This document shows, one piece after another, positions 38,589-48,197 of a DNA stretch of 64,000 bases. This DNA is from an uncultured Chryseobacterium sp. (GTDB lineage: Bacteria; Bacteroidota; Bacteroidia; Flavobacteriales_F; PHOS-HE28). The stretch spans positions 78,059 through 142,058 of the forward strand of contig CAYXKE010000001.1 of the NCBI GenBank assembly GCA_964464935.1. Reading direction: 5' to 3'. A model generated the notes under the pieces. The model was not told the DNA's origin, ran no database searches, and saw only the letters and a program-made list of their open reading frames with translations. Numbering within the stretch: the first letter of the stretch is position 1; every line of letters starts with the position of its first letter. The position numbers were made by a program, and so were the translations under genes.

Positions 38589-38862
38589 ACGCCTTGTGCA
38601 TCAACGCTTTCCCGGCCATGCGCTGATCGCCGGTGCCACTTGTTCCGTGGGCGCGGAGGGTACCCCGCCACGTGGTCTGTGGATGGTGCCCGGGGCCTTG
38701 AATTGGACCTGGACCTTGATGTCATCGGGCGACGATCATGTGGTGTTCGCCCCGTTGCGCCGGCCATGGAGCCCTGCCCGGAGAGGCCCGCCGACCGTTC
38801 GGAAAACCCCGATAGTGGTAACACTTGGGAGAGGCACCTTACTTTCGCACCCGTTCAAACCC

Positions 38863-39873
38863 ATGCCCAAGGTCACGATAGACGGCATCACGATCGAGGT
38901 CCCCGAGGGCACCACGATCCTCCAGGCGGCCCGCATGATCGGTGAGCGCGACCGGGCCCACCGCCACGTGGTGCCGCCGGCGATGTGCTATTACTCCAAG
39001 CTGAAGACCTCCGGGGGCTACTGCCGCACCTGCATCGTGCGGGTGACCAAGGGCAGCGACAAGGACCCGCGCCCCATGCCGAAGCCCGTGGCCAGCTGCC
39101 GCACGGCGGTGATGGACGGCATGGAGGTGGCCAACACCACCGACCCCACCCTGATCGATGCCCGCAATGGCGTGGTGGAGTTCCTGCTGATCAACCACCC
39201 ACTGGACTGCCCCATCTGCGACCAGGCGGGCGAGTGCCACCTGCAGGACCTCAGCTACGAGAACGGCAAGGCCCGAAGCCGCTACGACTTCGAGCGCCGC
39301 GAGTTCGAACCGATCGACATCGGGGAGAAGATCAAGCTGCACATGAACCGGTGCATCCTCTGCTACCGGTGCGTGAAGGTGGCCGACCAACTCACCGACG
39401 GCCGTGTGCATGGGGTGATCAATCGCGGCGATGTGGCCGAGATCAGCACCTACATCAGCAATGCCGTGGAGAACGACTTCAGCGGCAACATGATCGATGT
39501 GTGCCCGGTGGGGGCCCTTACCGACCGCACCTTCCGCTTCGCCAGCCGCGTGTGGTTCACCCGCCCGGTGGACGCCCACCGCAACTGCGACAAGTGCAGC
39601 GGCCGCGTGGTGCTGTGGATGAAGGGCAACGAGGTGCTTCGGGTGACCGGCCGCAAGGACCAGTGGGGTGAGGTGGAGGACTTCATCTGCAACACCTGCC
39701 GGTTCGAGCGCAAGGACCTCTCCCACTGGACGGTGGAGGGCCCGCGGAAGATCGACCGCCACAGCGTGATCGGGCAGAACCACTACATGCTGAAGAACGA
39801 ACAGCCGCTGCTGAAGTCGCCGGCGCCCAACGTGCCTGAGCTCAACAAACCCAAGGCCTTGAAGGAGCGATGA
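38863..39873 (+). CDS. nuoG: NADH-quinone oxidoreductase subunit G, short form (2Fe-2S + His-ligated 4Fe-4S clusters, no molybdopterin domain)
   Basis: The ferredoxin-like N-terminus is CYYSKLKTSGGYCRTC. The cluster motifs are HPLDCPICDQAGEC and CILCYRCVKVA. Confidence 0.8.
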   Translation: MPKVTIDGITIEVPEGTTILQAARMIGERDRAHRHVVPPAMCYYSKLKTSGGYCRTCIVRVTKGSDKDPRPMPKPVASCRTAVMDGMEVANTTDPTLIDARNGVVEFLLINHPLDCPICDQAGECHLQDLSYENGKARSRYDFERREFEPIDIGEKIKLHMNRCILCYRCVKVADQLTDGRVHGVINRGDVAEISTYISNAVENDFSGNMIDVCPVGALTDRTFRFASRVWFTRPVDAHRNCDKCSGRVVLWMKGNEVLRVTGRKDQWGEVEDFICNTCRFERKDLSHWTVEGPRKIDRHSVIGQNHYMLKNEQPLLKSPAPNVPELNKPKALKER

Positions 39874-40889
39874 GCATCTGGATCTTCCTGATCGTGCTGC
39901 TGGTGATCACCCTCACCGTGGCGGCCTACTCCACCTACGGGGAGCGGAAGGTGGCCGCGCTGCTGCAGGACCGCATCGGGCCTGACCGCGCGGGGCCCTT
40001 CGGGCTGCTGCAGCCACTGGCCGACGGGGTGAAGATGTTCATGAAGGAGGACTTCGTGCCCGCGGGTGCGAACAAGCGCCTCTTCCTGCTGGGCCCGGCC
40101 ATCGCCATGACCACGGCGCTGCTCACCGGGGTGGTGATCCCCTGGGGCGGCACCCTCACCTTCGGCGACTTCACCATCAATCTCCAGGGCACCGACCCGG
40201 AGATCGGCATCCTGTACGTGTTCGCCATGGTGAGCATCGGGGTGTATGGCATCATGCTGGGCGGCTGGGCCAGCAACAACAAGTACGCGCTGCTGGGCGC
40301 CGTGCGTGCCGCCAGCCAGATGGTGAGCTACGAACTGGCCATGGGCCTGAGCATCGCCGGTCTGGTGATGCTCACCGGCACGCTGAGCCTCAGCGGCATC
40401 GTGGCCTACCAGGCCGAGCACGGCTGGGGCATCCTGCTGCAGCCGCTGGGCTTCCTGATCTTCCTGGTATGCGCCTTCGCCGAGACGAACCGCGCACCCT
40501 TCGACATGCCCGAGTGCGAGACCGAACTGGTGGGCGGCTACCACACCGAGTTCAGCAGCATGCGCCTGGGCTTCTACCTCTTCGCGGAGTACGTGAACAT
40601 GTTCATCAGCAGCGCGGTGATCGCCACGCTGTTCTTCGGCGCCTACCACGTGCCGGGCCTGTCCGCGCTGGACCTTCCGCCCAACGCGGTGACCCTGATC
40701 GGGGTGGCGGCCATGTTCCTGAAGACCTTCTTCTTCGTGTTCCTGTTCTGGTGGGTGCGCTGGTCCACGCCGCGATTCCGTTTCGACCAGCTCATGGGCC
40801 TGGGATGGAAGGCGCTGTTGCCGCTGGCCGTGCTGAACATCGTGCTCACCGGAGGCTGGTACTTCATCAAGCCCCTGATCTGGCCATGA
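39870..40889 (+). CDS. nuoH: NADH-quinone oxidoreductase subunit H
   Basis: There is full-length NuoH/ND1 similarity (GERKV.A..Q.R.GP, 8 TM). It overlaps nuoG in an ATGA junction. Confidence 0.9.
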   Translation: MSIWIFLIVLLVITLTVAAYSTYGERKVAALLQDRIGPDRAGPFGLLQPLADGVKMFMKEDFVPAGANKRLFLLGPAIAMTTALLTGVVIPWGGTLTFGDFTINLQGTDPEIGILYVFAMVSIGVYGIMLGGWASNNKYALLGAVRAASQMVSYELAMGLSIAGLVMLTGTLSLSGIVAYQAEHGWGILLQPLGFLIFLVCAFAETNRAPFDMPECETELVGGYHTEFSSMRLGFYLFAEYVNMFISSAVIATLFFGAYHVPGLSALDLPPNAVTLIGVAAMFLKTFFFVFLFWWVRWSTPRFRFDQLMGLGWKALLPLAVLNIVLTGGWYFIKPLIWP

Positions 40890-41476
40890 GCGGTACCTGG
40901 GAACCCCTGACGCGTCGCTCCGAGCTGGTGAGCAACAAGAAGATGACCCTGGCGGAGCGCATCTACCTGCCCGGGCTCATCGGCGGCATGCTCATCACCC
41001 TGAAGCACTTCTTCCGGTGGAAACGCCCCACGGTGAAGTACCCCGAGCAGGAGCGTCCGCGCGCGGCCATCTACCGCGGCCAGCACGTGTTGAAGCGCGA
41101 CGAGAAGGGCCGCGAGCGCTGCACGGCGTGCGGCCTGTGCGCGGTGGCCTGCCCGGCCGAAGCGATCACCATGGTGGCCGCCGAGCGCAAGCCCGGCGAG
41201 GAGCACCTGTACCGCGAGGAGAAGTACGCTGCGGTGTACGAGATCGACATGCTGCGTTGCATCTACTGTGGCGACTGCGAGGAGGCCTGCCCGAAGGAGG
41301 CGATCTTCCTCACGGACCGCATCGTGGAGGCGGACTACCTGCGCATGCCGTTCGTGTTCGGCAAGGAGGAGCTCGTGGAGCCCATGGACCCGGCCCGGCG
41401 CATCGACGTGAGCAAGCGGCAGACACCGGCCGTGCTGGCCTTCAAGAAGGACCCGCGCCACAAGCACAACCGTTGA
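40886..41476 (+). CDS. nuoI: NADH-quinone oxidoreductase subunit I (2x[4Fe-4S])
   Basis: Two CxxCxxCxxxCP motifs are present, CTACGLCAVACP and CIYCGDCEEACP. Confidence 0.9.
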   Translation: MSGTWEPLTRRSELVSNKKMTLAERIYLPGLIGGMLITLKHFFRWKRPTVKYPEQERPRAAIYRGQHVLKRDEKGRERCTACGLCAVACPAEAITMVAAERKPGEEHLYREEKYAAVYEIDMLRCIYCGDCEEACPKEAIFLTDRIVEADYLRMPFVFGKEELVEPMDPARRIDVSKRQTPAVLAFKKDPRHKHNR

Positions 41477-41489
41477 GCCACACACCCTG

Positions 41490-42035
41490 ATGGAGGTCCT
41501 TTTTTATGTACTTGCCGCGATCAGCGTGATCAGTGCGATCACCGTGGTGAGCGCCCGCAGCCCGATCAACAGCGTGATCGCGCTGGTGGTGTGCTTTCTG
41601 AGCATCGCCGGGCACTACATCCTGCTGAACGCCCAGTTCCTGGCCATGGTGCACGTGATCGTGTACACCGGGGCCATCATGGTGCTCTTCCTGTTCGTGA
41701 TCATGCTGCTGAACCTGAACCGGGCGGCCGAGCCGATGAAATCGCTGGGCACGCGTGTGGCGGCGGTGATGGCGGGCGGGCTGCTGTTCATCACGCTGCT
41801 GGCGGCGCTGCGCCACGGCATCGAGGCCCCGGCCATGGCCGACTTCGACCCCACCGTGGGGCTGGTGCGCCGCGTGGGCATGTCGCTCTATACGGAGTTC
41901 CTGCTGCCCTTTGAGGTGAGCAGCGTGCTCTTCCTCAGCGCGGTGGTGGGTGTGGTGCTGCTGGCCGGCAAGGAGCGCCCCTGGACCCCGCCCACCATGG
42001 AACGGTCGAACCAAAGCGGCGCGCACGGCGAATAG
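41490..42035 (+). CDS. nuoJ: NADH-quinone oxidoreductase subunit J
   Basis: It has NuoJ/ND6-like TM topology and lies between nuoI and nuoK. Confidence 0.8.
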   Translation: MEVLFYVLAAISVISAITVVSARSPINSVIALVVCFLSIAGHYILLNAQFLAMVHVIVYTGAIMVLFLFVIMLLNLNRAAEPMKSLGTRVAAVMAGGLLFITLLAALRHGIEAPAMADFDPTVGLVRRVGMSLYTEFLLPFEVSSVLFLSAVVGVVLLAGKERPWTPPTMERSNQSGAHGE

Positions 42036-42041
42036 GCACAA

Positions 42042-42371
42042 ATGGAGAACGTGGTCACGGCGATCCGCACGATCCCTCTGGAACATTACGTGTACCTGAG
42101 CTTCCTGCTCTTCAGCATCGGTGTGGCCGGCGTGGTCTTCCGCCGCAACACCATCATCATCCTGATGTGCATCGAGCTGATGTTCAACAGCGTGAACCTG
42201 CTGCTGACGGCCTTCAGTGCGCACCATAGCGACCCCCGCGGGCAGGTCTTCGTGTTCTTCATCATGCTGGTGGCCGCCGCGGAAGTGACCGTGGGCCTGG
42301 CGATCCTGGTGATGATGAAGCGCTACGCCAATAGTGTGGACGTGAACCAACTGAACACGCTGCGATGGTGA
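42042..42371 (+). CDS. nuoK: NADH-quinone oxidoreductase subunit K
   Basis: It is a ~100-aa 3-TM NuoK/ND4L homologue with the conserved E in TM2/3. Confidence 0.85.
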   Translation: MENVVTAIRTIPLEHYVYLSFLLFSIGVAGVVFRRNTIIILMCIELMFNSVNLLLTAFSAHHSDPRGQVFVFFIMLVAAAEVTVGLAILVMMKRYANSVDVNQLNTLRW

Positions 42372-44263
42372 ACACCGCCTTCCCGGCCGTACTGGTGCCC
42401 CTGCTGCCCCTGCTGGGTGCCGTGCTGATCGGTGTGCTGCGCCGCCGCCTCAGCGCCGTGCAGGCCGGCGCCCTGGCCACCGCCATGATCGGTGCCGCCT
42501 TCGCCATCGGGGTGGCCCTGTTCATGGCCTTCGATCCCGCCGCCGGCGGACACACCCTGCGCCTGCTGGACTGGATGGCCGTGACGGGCATGGACATCCC
42601 CCTGGCCCTGCGCATCGACGCGCTCTCGCTCACCATGGTGCTCATTGTCACCGGTGTGGGCACGCTCATCCACCTGTACTCCATCGGGTACATGCACGAT
42701 GACCCCCGCGCGGCCACCTTCTTCAGCAACCTGAACCTCTTCACCTTCAGCATGCTCATGCTGGTGATGGGCAGCAACTACTTGGTGACCTTCGTGGGCT
42801 GGGAGGGGGTGGGCCTGTGCAGCTACCTGCTGATCGGCTTCTGGTACACCAACCCCGACTACAACTACGCCGCCCGCAAGGCCTTCGTCATGAACCGGAT
42901 CGGCGACGTGGGCATGATCCTGGGCATGGTCCTGCTGTTCCATCTGTTCGGCACCCTGGAGTACGCTGCGGTCATGGACGGCGCCGCCGGCATGCGCTGG
43001 AACGACCCGCTGCTGGTGACCGCCACGCTGCTGCTGGTGCTGGGCGCCACGGGCAAGAGCGCCCAGATCCCGCTGTTCACCTGGCTGCCCGACGCCATGG
43101 CCGGCCCCACCCCGGTGAGCGCCCTGATCCATGCCGCCACGATGGTGACAGCCGGCATCTTCCTGGTGGTGCGCAGCAGTGTGCTCTTCGAGATGGTGCC
43201 CTTCACCCAGGAGGTGATCGTGTGGATCGGCACCGCCACGGCCCTGCTGGCCGCCAGCATCGGCCTGTTCCAGAACGACATCAAGAAGGTGCTGGCCTAC
43301 AGCACCGTGAGCCAGCTGGGCTACATGTTCGTGGCGCTCGGCATGGGGGCCTATGGCGCGGCCATGTTCCACGTGACCACCCATGCCTTCTTCAAGGCCC
43401 TGCTCTTCCTGGGCGCCGGCAGCGTGATCCACGCCTTGGGCGGTGAGCAGGACATCCGGCGGATGGGCGGCCTGAAGGGCAAGATCCCGACCACCTTCCG
43501 CACCTTCCTGGTGGGCACGGCGGCCATCTCCGGCCTGCCCCTGCTGAGCGGCTTCTTCAGCAAGGACCTGATCATGGCCCACGCCTTCCAGTGGTCGCCC
43601 GTGCTGTTCGTGCTGCTGCTGCTGGGCGCGCTGATGACCACCTTCTACATGTTCCGCCTGCTGTTCCTGGTGTTCTTCGGCAGCTACCGCGGCACGGCGC
43701 ACCCGCACGAAAGCCCGGCCACGATGACCATCCCGCTGATCGTGCTGGCGGTGCTGAGCGTGGTGGGCGGTCTGCTGAACATCCCGCACCTGTTCGGCGG
43801 CCACGAGGCCCTGAAGCGCTACCTGGGCACCGCCGCCAAGGGCATCGCCAACGAGGAGCTCACCCTGAGCGCCGCCACGGAGATCGGCCTGATGGGGGTG
43901 ACCCTGGCCCTGGTGGCCCTCACGATCTACTACGCCTACGGACTGTTCGTGAAGCGCGTCTCCCTGGACGGCGACACGGCCGACATGCCCGCCCTGAAGC
44001 GCCTCATCGCCGAGCGGTGGCGCATCGACGAGCTCTACGCCCTGCTGTTCGAGCGGCCCTACGCCTGGTTGAGCGGGGCCCTGCACCGCTTCGGCGAACT
44101 GAAGGTGGTGGTTCCCGTGATGAACGGCGTGGGCGATGTGGCCGTGCGCACCGGCCAGGCCCTGCGGCGCCTGCAGACCGGCAACGCCGGCTTCCACCTG
44201 CTGGCCATGACCATGGGCATCATCCTCTTCCTGTTGATCACCCTGCTGACCGACCCGCGATGA
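42365..44263 (+). CDS. nuoL: NADH-quinone oxidoreductase subunit L
   Basis: It is an antiporter-like subunit with WEGVGLCSYLLIGFW and the long C-terminal horizontal helix region. Confidence 0.9.
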   Translation: MVNTAFPAVLVPLLPLLGAVLIGVLRRRLSAVQAGALATAMIGAAFAIGVALFMAFDPAAGGHTLRLLDWMAVTGMDIPLALRIDALSLTMVLIVTGVGTLIHLYSIGYMHDDPRAATFFSNLNLFTFSMLMLVMGSNYLVTFVGWEGVGLCSYLLIGFWYTNPDYNYAARKAFVMNRIGDVGMILGMVLLFHLFGTLEYAAVMDGAAGMRWNDPLLVTATLLLVLGATGKSAQIPLFTWLPDAMAGPTPVSALIHAATMVTAGIFLVVRSSVLFEMVPFTQEVIVWIGTATALLAASIGLFQNDIKKVLAYSTVSQLGYMFVALGMGAYGAAMFHVTTHAFFKALLFLGAGSVIHALGGEQDIRRMGGLKGKIPTTFRTFLVGTAAISGLPLLSGFFSKDLIMAHAFQWSPVLFVLLLLGALMTTFYMFRLLFLVFFGSYRGTAHPHESPATMTIPLIVLAVLSVVGGLLNIPHLFGGHEALKRYLGTAAKGIANEELTLSAATEIGLMGVTLALVALTIYYAYGLFVKRVSLDGDTADMPALKRLIAERWRIDELYALLFERPYAWLSGALHRFGELKVVVPVMNGVGDVAVRTGQALRRLQTGNAGFHLLAMTMGIILFLLITLLTDPR

Positions 44264-45693
44264 CCGCCCTGCTGTTGTTGTTGATCCCCTTCGTGACGGC
44301 GACCCTGCTGATGGTGCTGCGGCCCACGGCACAGGCACGCGGCATCGCCCTGGGTGCGTCAGTGGCCACCCTGGCGGTGACCCTCTTCATGTGGGCCGGC
44401 TTCCCCGGCGGCACCGTGACCGATCTGCACGTGGAATGGATCCCCGCCATGAAGCTGCACTTCAGCCTGGGCCATGACGGCTTCGGCATGCTGATGCTGG
44501 TGCTCACCGCGGTGGCCTTCCCGTTCATCATCGGGGCGGGCTACGGCGAGCGCCTGCAGCACCCCAGCCTGGTGAACGCCCTGCTGCTTTTCACGCAGAG
44601 CTTCCTCTTCGGCGTGTTCCTGGCACAGAACACCGTGCTGTTCTACATCTTCTATGAACTGTCGCTGATCCCGGTGTTCTTCCTGCTGCTCTACTGGGGG
44701 GGTGAGCACCGCCGCAGCATCACGGTGCGCTTCTTCATCTACACGCTGCTGGGCGGTCTGGCGCTGCTGTTCGGCATCGTGTACTGCCTGGTGCAGCCCG
44801 GCATGGACGGCAGCCTGGCGGGCCTGGCCGCCTTGGACCTCGACGCCGCCACGCAGTACTGGCTCTTCTGGGCCCTGTTCCTGGCCTTCGCCATCAAGCT
44901 CCCCATCTTCCCCTTCCACGGCTGGCAGCCGGACACCTACACGGTGGCCCCCCTGCAGGGTGCCATGGTGCTGGCCGCGGTGATGCTGAAGATGGGCCTC
45001 TACGGCGTGGTGAAGGTGGTGCTTCCGGCCGTGCCCGAGGGCGTGGCGCACTGGCAGCATACCGTGATCGCACTGAGCCTGATCGGCGCGGTGTACGGGG
45101 CGGTGATCGCCTTCCGCCAGCACGACCTGCGCCGCTTGATCGCCTACTCCTCGCTGAGCCACGTGGGCCTGCTCTGCGCCGGCGTGTTCGCCTTCAACCA
45201 GTTCGGCCTCACCGGCGCCTTCTTCCAGGCCCTGGCCCACGCCGTGCTGGTGCTGGCCATGTTCTACCTGGCCGGCGCGCTGAAAGAGCGCACGGGCACC
45301 AGCGGCATGGGCGCCATGGGCGGCCTGAAGGTGCGCACCCCGCGCCTGGCCGTGCTGTTCATGCTGGTGGTGATGAACGCCATCGCCCTGCCCCTCACCC
45401 AGAGCTTCGTGGGCGAATGGCTCATGTTCAACGGCCTGTGGGAGGTGGACCGCATGCTGGCCTTCCTCGGGGTGATCACCGTGGTGCTGGGCGCCATCTA
45501 CATGCTGTACGCTTATCAACGCATCATGCTGGGACCGGACAAGTGGCGAATGGAAATGCATGACGCCGGTCTGCGCGACCACCTGGTGCTGGTTCCCCTC
45601 ATCGCGATCACCCTGGTGCTGGGCGTGTTCCCCGGCCCGGTGCTGGACCTGCTGGACGGCCCGGCACAGACCCTGCTGAGCCTTTTCCCCTGA
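44260..45693 (+). CDS. nuoM: NADH-quinone oxidoreductase subunit M
   Basis: It is an antiporter-like subunit. The start is the ATG overlapping the nuoL stop (ATGA). Confidence 0.85.
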   Translation: MTALLLLLIPFVTATLLMVLRPTAQARGIALGASVATLAVTLFMWAGFPGGTVTDLHVEWIPAMKLHFSLGHDGFGMLMLVLTAVAFPFIIGAGYGERLQHPSLVNALLLFTQSFLFGVFLAQNTVLFYIFYELSLIPVFFLLLYWGGEHRRSITVRFFIYTLLGGLALLFGIVYCLVQPGMDGSLAGLAALDLDAATQYWLFWALFLAFAIKLPIFPFHGWQPDTYTVAPLQGAMVLAAVMLKMGLYGVVKVVLPAVPEGVAHWQHTVIALSLIGAVYGAVIAFRQHDLRRLIAYSSLSHVGLLCAGVFAFNQFGLTGAFFQALAHAVLVLAMFYLAGALKERTGTSGMGAMGGLKVRTPRLAVLFMLVVMNAIALPLTQSFVGEWLMFNGLWEVDRMLAFLGVITVVLGAIYMLYAYQRIMLGPDKWRMEMHDAGLRDHLVLVPLIAITLVLGVFPGPVLDLLDGPAQTLLSLFP

Positions 45694-45696
45694 CCC

Positions 45697-47064
45697 ATGA
45701 GCGCATTGATCCTGCTTTCCGTTTTGGGCCTGGTCCTCATGTTCATGGGCCTGCGGGGGATGCGTGGCCTGCTGATCCCTGTGGCGGTGATCGGTCTGGC
45801 GGGCGCCTTCGCCATGCTGGCCACCGGTTGGAATATGGAGTGGCCCGTGCTCACCGATGGCATGATGGCCTTCGATGCCTACACACTGGGCTTCGGCCGT
45901 GCCTTGGTCGTGCTCACCATTCTCCTCTTCCTCTTCGCCATCGACTACTACGCCCGGGTGCAGGCCAACGTGGCCGAGATCCTCGCGCTGATGATCTTCT
46001 CGCTGGTGGGCGCACTGGTGATGACCGGCTTCACCAACCTGCTGATGCTCTTCATTGGCGTGGAGGTGATGAGCATCCCGGTGTACATCCTCGCCGGTGG
46101 CAAGCGCGACAGCCTCCGCAGCGGCGAGGCCTCGATCAAGTACTTCCTCCAGGGTTCCTTCGCCAGTGGCTTCTTCCTGCTGGGCATCGCGCTGATCTAC
46201 GGCAGCTGCGCCTCCTTCGACCTGGCCGCGGTGCAGGCCCATGCCGCCGGTGCCGGTGCCGATGACCGCCTCTTCCTCCTGGGGCTGTTCTTCACCATCT
46301 CCGGTGTGGCCTTCAAGGTGGCCGCGGTGCCCTTCCACTTCTGGAGCCCCGACGTGTACGAGGGCTCGCCCACGCTGATCACGGCCTTCATGAACACCGT
46401 GGTGAAGACCGCCGCCTTCGCCGCCTTCTACCGGCTGATCGAGCACATGCAACTGCCCTACGCGGTGCACACCATGCTGCTGCTGATGACGGCCTGCACG
46501 CTGTTGCTGGGCAACCTGGTGGCCCTGCGCCAGACCCACTTCAAGCGCCTGCTGGCCTACTCGGGTATCGCGCACACGGGCTTCCTCATGCTGGCCCTGC
46601 TGAGCCCCGGCCCCAACACGCCCGATGTGCTCTACTACTACCTGATCACCTACGCCCTGGCCACCGTGGGCCTGTTCGTGATGCTCACCGTCACCAAGCG
46701 GGCCTCGCGCGGCGACGAGCACATCCGCAGCTTCCGCGGCATGTTCCGCAGCGCGCCATGGGTGGCCATCGTCACCATGATGCTGCTGCTCTCCCTGGCC
46801 GGCATCCCCCTCACGGCGGGCTTCCTCGCCAAGTACCGGGTGTTCATGCTCAGCCTGGAGGCCGGCTACCTGTGGATCACCGCCCTGGCCGTGCTCATGG
46901 CGCTGGTGGGCATCTACTACTACCTGATCGTGATCCGCGAGGCGTTCACCCCCAAGGCCGATGCAGCCCCCCTGCACGTGAGCCCGGTGAACTGGCTGCT
47001 GATCTCGGTATGCGGGGTGGCCGCCGTGCTCTTCGCCGTGATGCCGCAGTGGCTGGCGCTGTAA
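45697..47064 (+). CDS. nuoN: NADH-quinone oxidoreductase subunit N
   Basis: It is an antiporter-like subunit at the terminal position of the operon. Confidence 0.85.
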   Translation: MSALILLSVLGLVLMFMGLRGMRGLLIPVAVIGLAGAFAMLATGWNMEWPVLTDGMMAFDAYTLGFGRALVVLTILLFLFAIDYYARVQANVAEILALMIFSLVGALVMTGFTNLLMLFIGVEVMSIPVYILAGGKRDSLRSGEASIKYFLQGSFASGFFLLGIALIYGSCASFDLAAVQAHAAGAGADDRLFLLGLFFTISGVAFKVAAVPFHFWSPDVYEGSPTLITAFMNTVVKTAAFAAFYRLIEHMQLPYAVHTMLLLMTACTLLLGNLVALRQTHFKRLLAYSGIAHTGFLMLALLSPGPNTPDVLYYYLITYALATVGLFVMLTVTKRASRGDEHIRSFRGMFRSAPWVAIVTMMLLLSLAGIPLTAGFLAKYRVFMLSLEAGYLWITALAVLMALVGIYYYLIVIREAFTPKADAAPLHVSPVNWLLISVCGVAAVLFAVMPQWLAL

Positions 47065-47148
47065 GCCGGCCGACCACCGGGGCACGCCACTCCGATCCCT
47101 TCGCATTGGGCATAAAACCCTGCCCAGCCCCGTAAATTCGCGGCTTCC

Positions 47149-48138
47149 ATGGTCCGCATCGGCTCCATCATCCTGCCGGATTTCCCGCTGCTGCTCGCGC
47201 CCATGGAGGACGTGAGCGATCCACCCTTCCGGGCGCTGTGCAAGCGCCACGGGGCCGACCTGATGTACACCGAGTTCATCAGCAGCGAAGGCCTCATCCG
47301 CCGTGCCGCCAAAGGCATGAAGAAGCTGGACATCTTCGAGGCCGAACGCCCCATCGGCATCCAGCTGTTCGGTGGCAGTGAGGACGCCATGGAGGAGGCC
47401 GCCCGCATCGCCGAGGCCGCCGGTCCCGACCTGATCGACATCAACTACGGCTGCCCGGTGAAAAAGGTGGTGGACAAGGGGGCCGGCGCCTGCCTGCTGC
47501 AGGACGTGGACAAGATGGTGCGCCTCACCGAGAAGGTGGTCAAGGCCGTGAAGCTGCCCGTAACGGTGAAGACCCGCCTGGGCTGGAACGAGCACACGAA
47601 GAACATCGTGGAGGTGGCCGAACGCCTGCAGGACGTGGGCATCCAGGCGCTTGCGATCCACGGGCGCACCCGGGCCCAGCTGTACAAGGGCGAGGCCGAC
47701 TGGACCCTGATCGGCGAGGTGAAGAACAACCCGCGCATGCACATCCCCATCTTCGGCAATGGGGACATCGATTCACCGGAAAAAGCCGTGGAATACCGTG
47801 CCCGCTACGGCGTGGACGGCATCATGATCGGCCGCGCGAGCATCGGCCATCCGTTCATCTTCCGGGAGATCAAGCACTACATGGCCACGGGCACGCACCT
47901 GCCGCCGCCCACCATCACTGAACGGGTGGAGGCCGCCCGCGAGCACTTGCGCCGCTCCATCGCCTGGAAAGGGCCGTGGGAGGGCGTGGTGGAAATGCGC
48001 CGCCACTACGCCAATTACCTCAAGGGGCTGCCCAACGTGAAGGAGCTGCGCCTGCGGCTCTGCACCGAGCGCGAGCCCGAGGTGCTGGAGGCCCTGCTCG
48101 ATGAGGTGATCGCCACCTATGTCGCCGACGCGGCCTGA
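47149..48138 (+). CDS. dusB: tRNA dihydrouridine synthase
   Basis: LAPMEDVSD..FR, DINYGCP and GRASIGHPFIF are Dus family motifs. Confidence 0.85.
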   Translation: MVRIGSIILPDFPLLLAPMEDVSDPPFRALCKRHGADLMYTEFISSEGLIRRAAKGMKKLDIFEAERPIGIQLFGGSEDAMEEAARIAEAAGPDLIDINYGCPVKKVVDKGAGACLLQDVDKMVRLTEKVVKAVKLPVTVKTRLGWNEHTKNIVEVAERLQDVGIQALAIHGRTRAQLYKGEADWTLIGEVKNNPRMHIPIFGNGDIDSPEKAVEYRARYGVDGIMIGRASIGHPFIFREIKHYMATGTHLPPPTITERVEAAREHLRRSIAWKGPWEGVVEMRRHYANYLKGLPNVKELRLRLCTEREPEVLEALLDEVIATYVADAA

Positions 48139-48197
48139 GCGCCCGGCACGCGCCCCATCGATCCCTCGCGCGCGCGACTGCACACGCCCATTCGGGT

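Noticed and set aside
38825-38847. Candidate promoter for nuoG (TTG at 38825..38827 and TACTTTCG at 38840..38847)
   Set aside because: The spacer between the elements is only ~12 nt, against the ~19 nt expected for Bacteroidota sigma-A promoters, and the -7 element is imperfect (TTTC).
42323-44338. 671-aa minus-strand ORF over nuoL
   Set aside because: It is antisense to nuoL and is an artefact of high GC.
44359-47742. 1127-aa minus-strand ORF across nuoM/nuoN/dusB
   Set aside because: It is antisense to well-supported respiratory genes and has a low-complexity H/G/A/Q-rich translation. It is a high-GC artefact.
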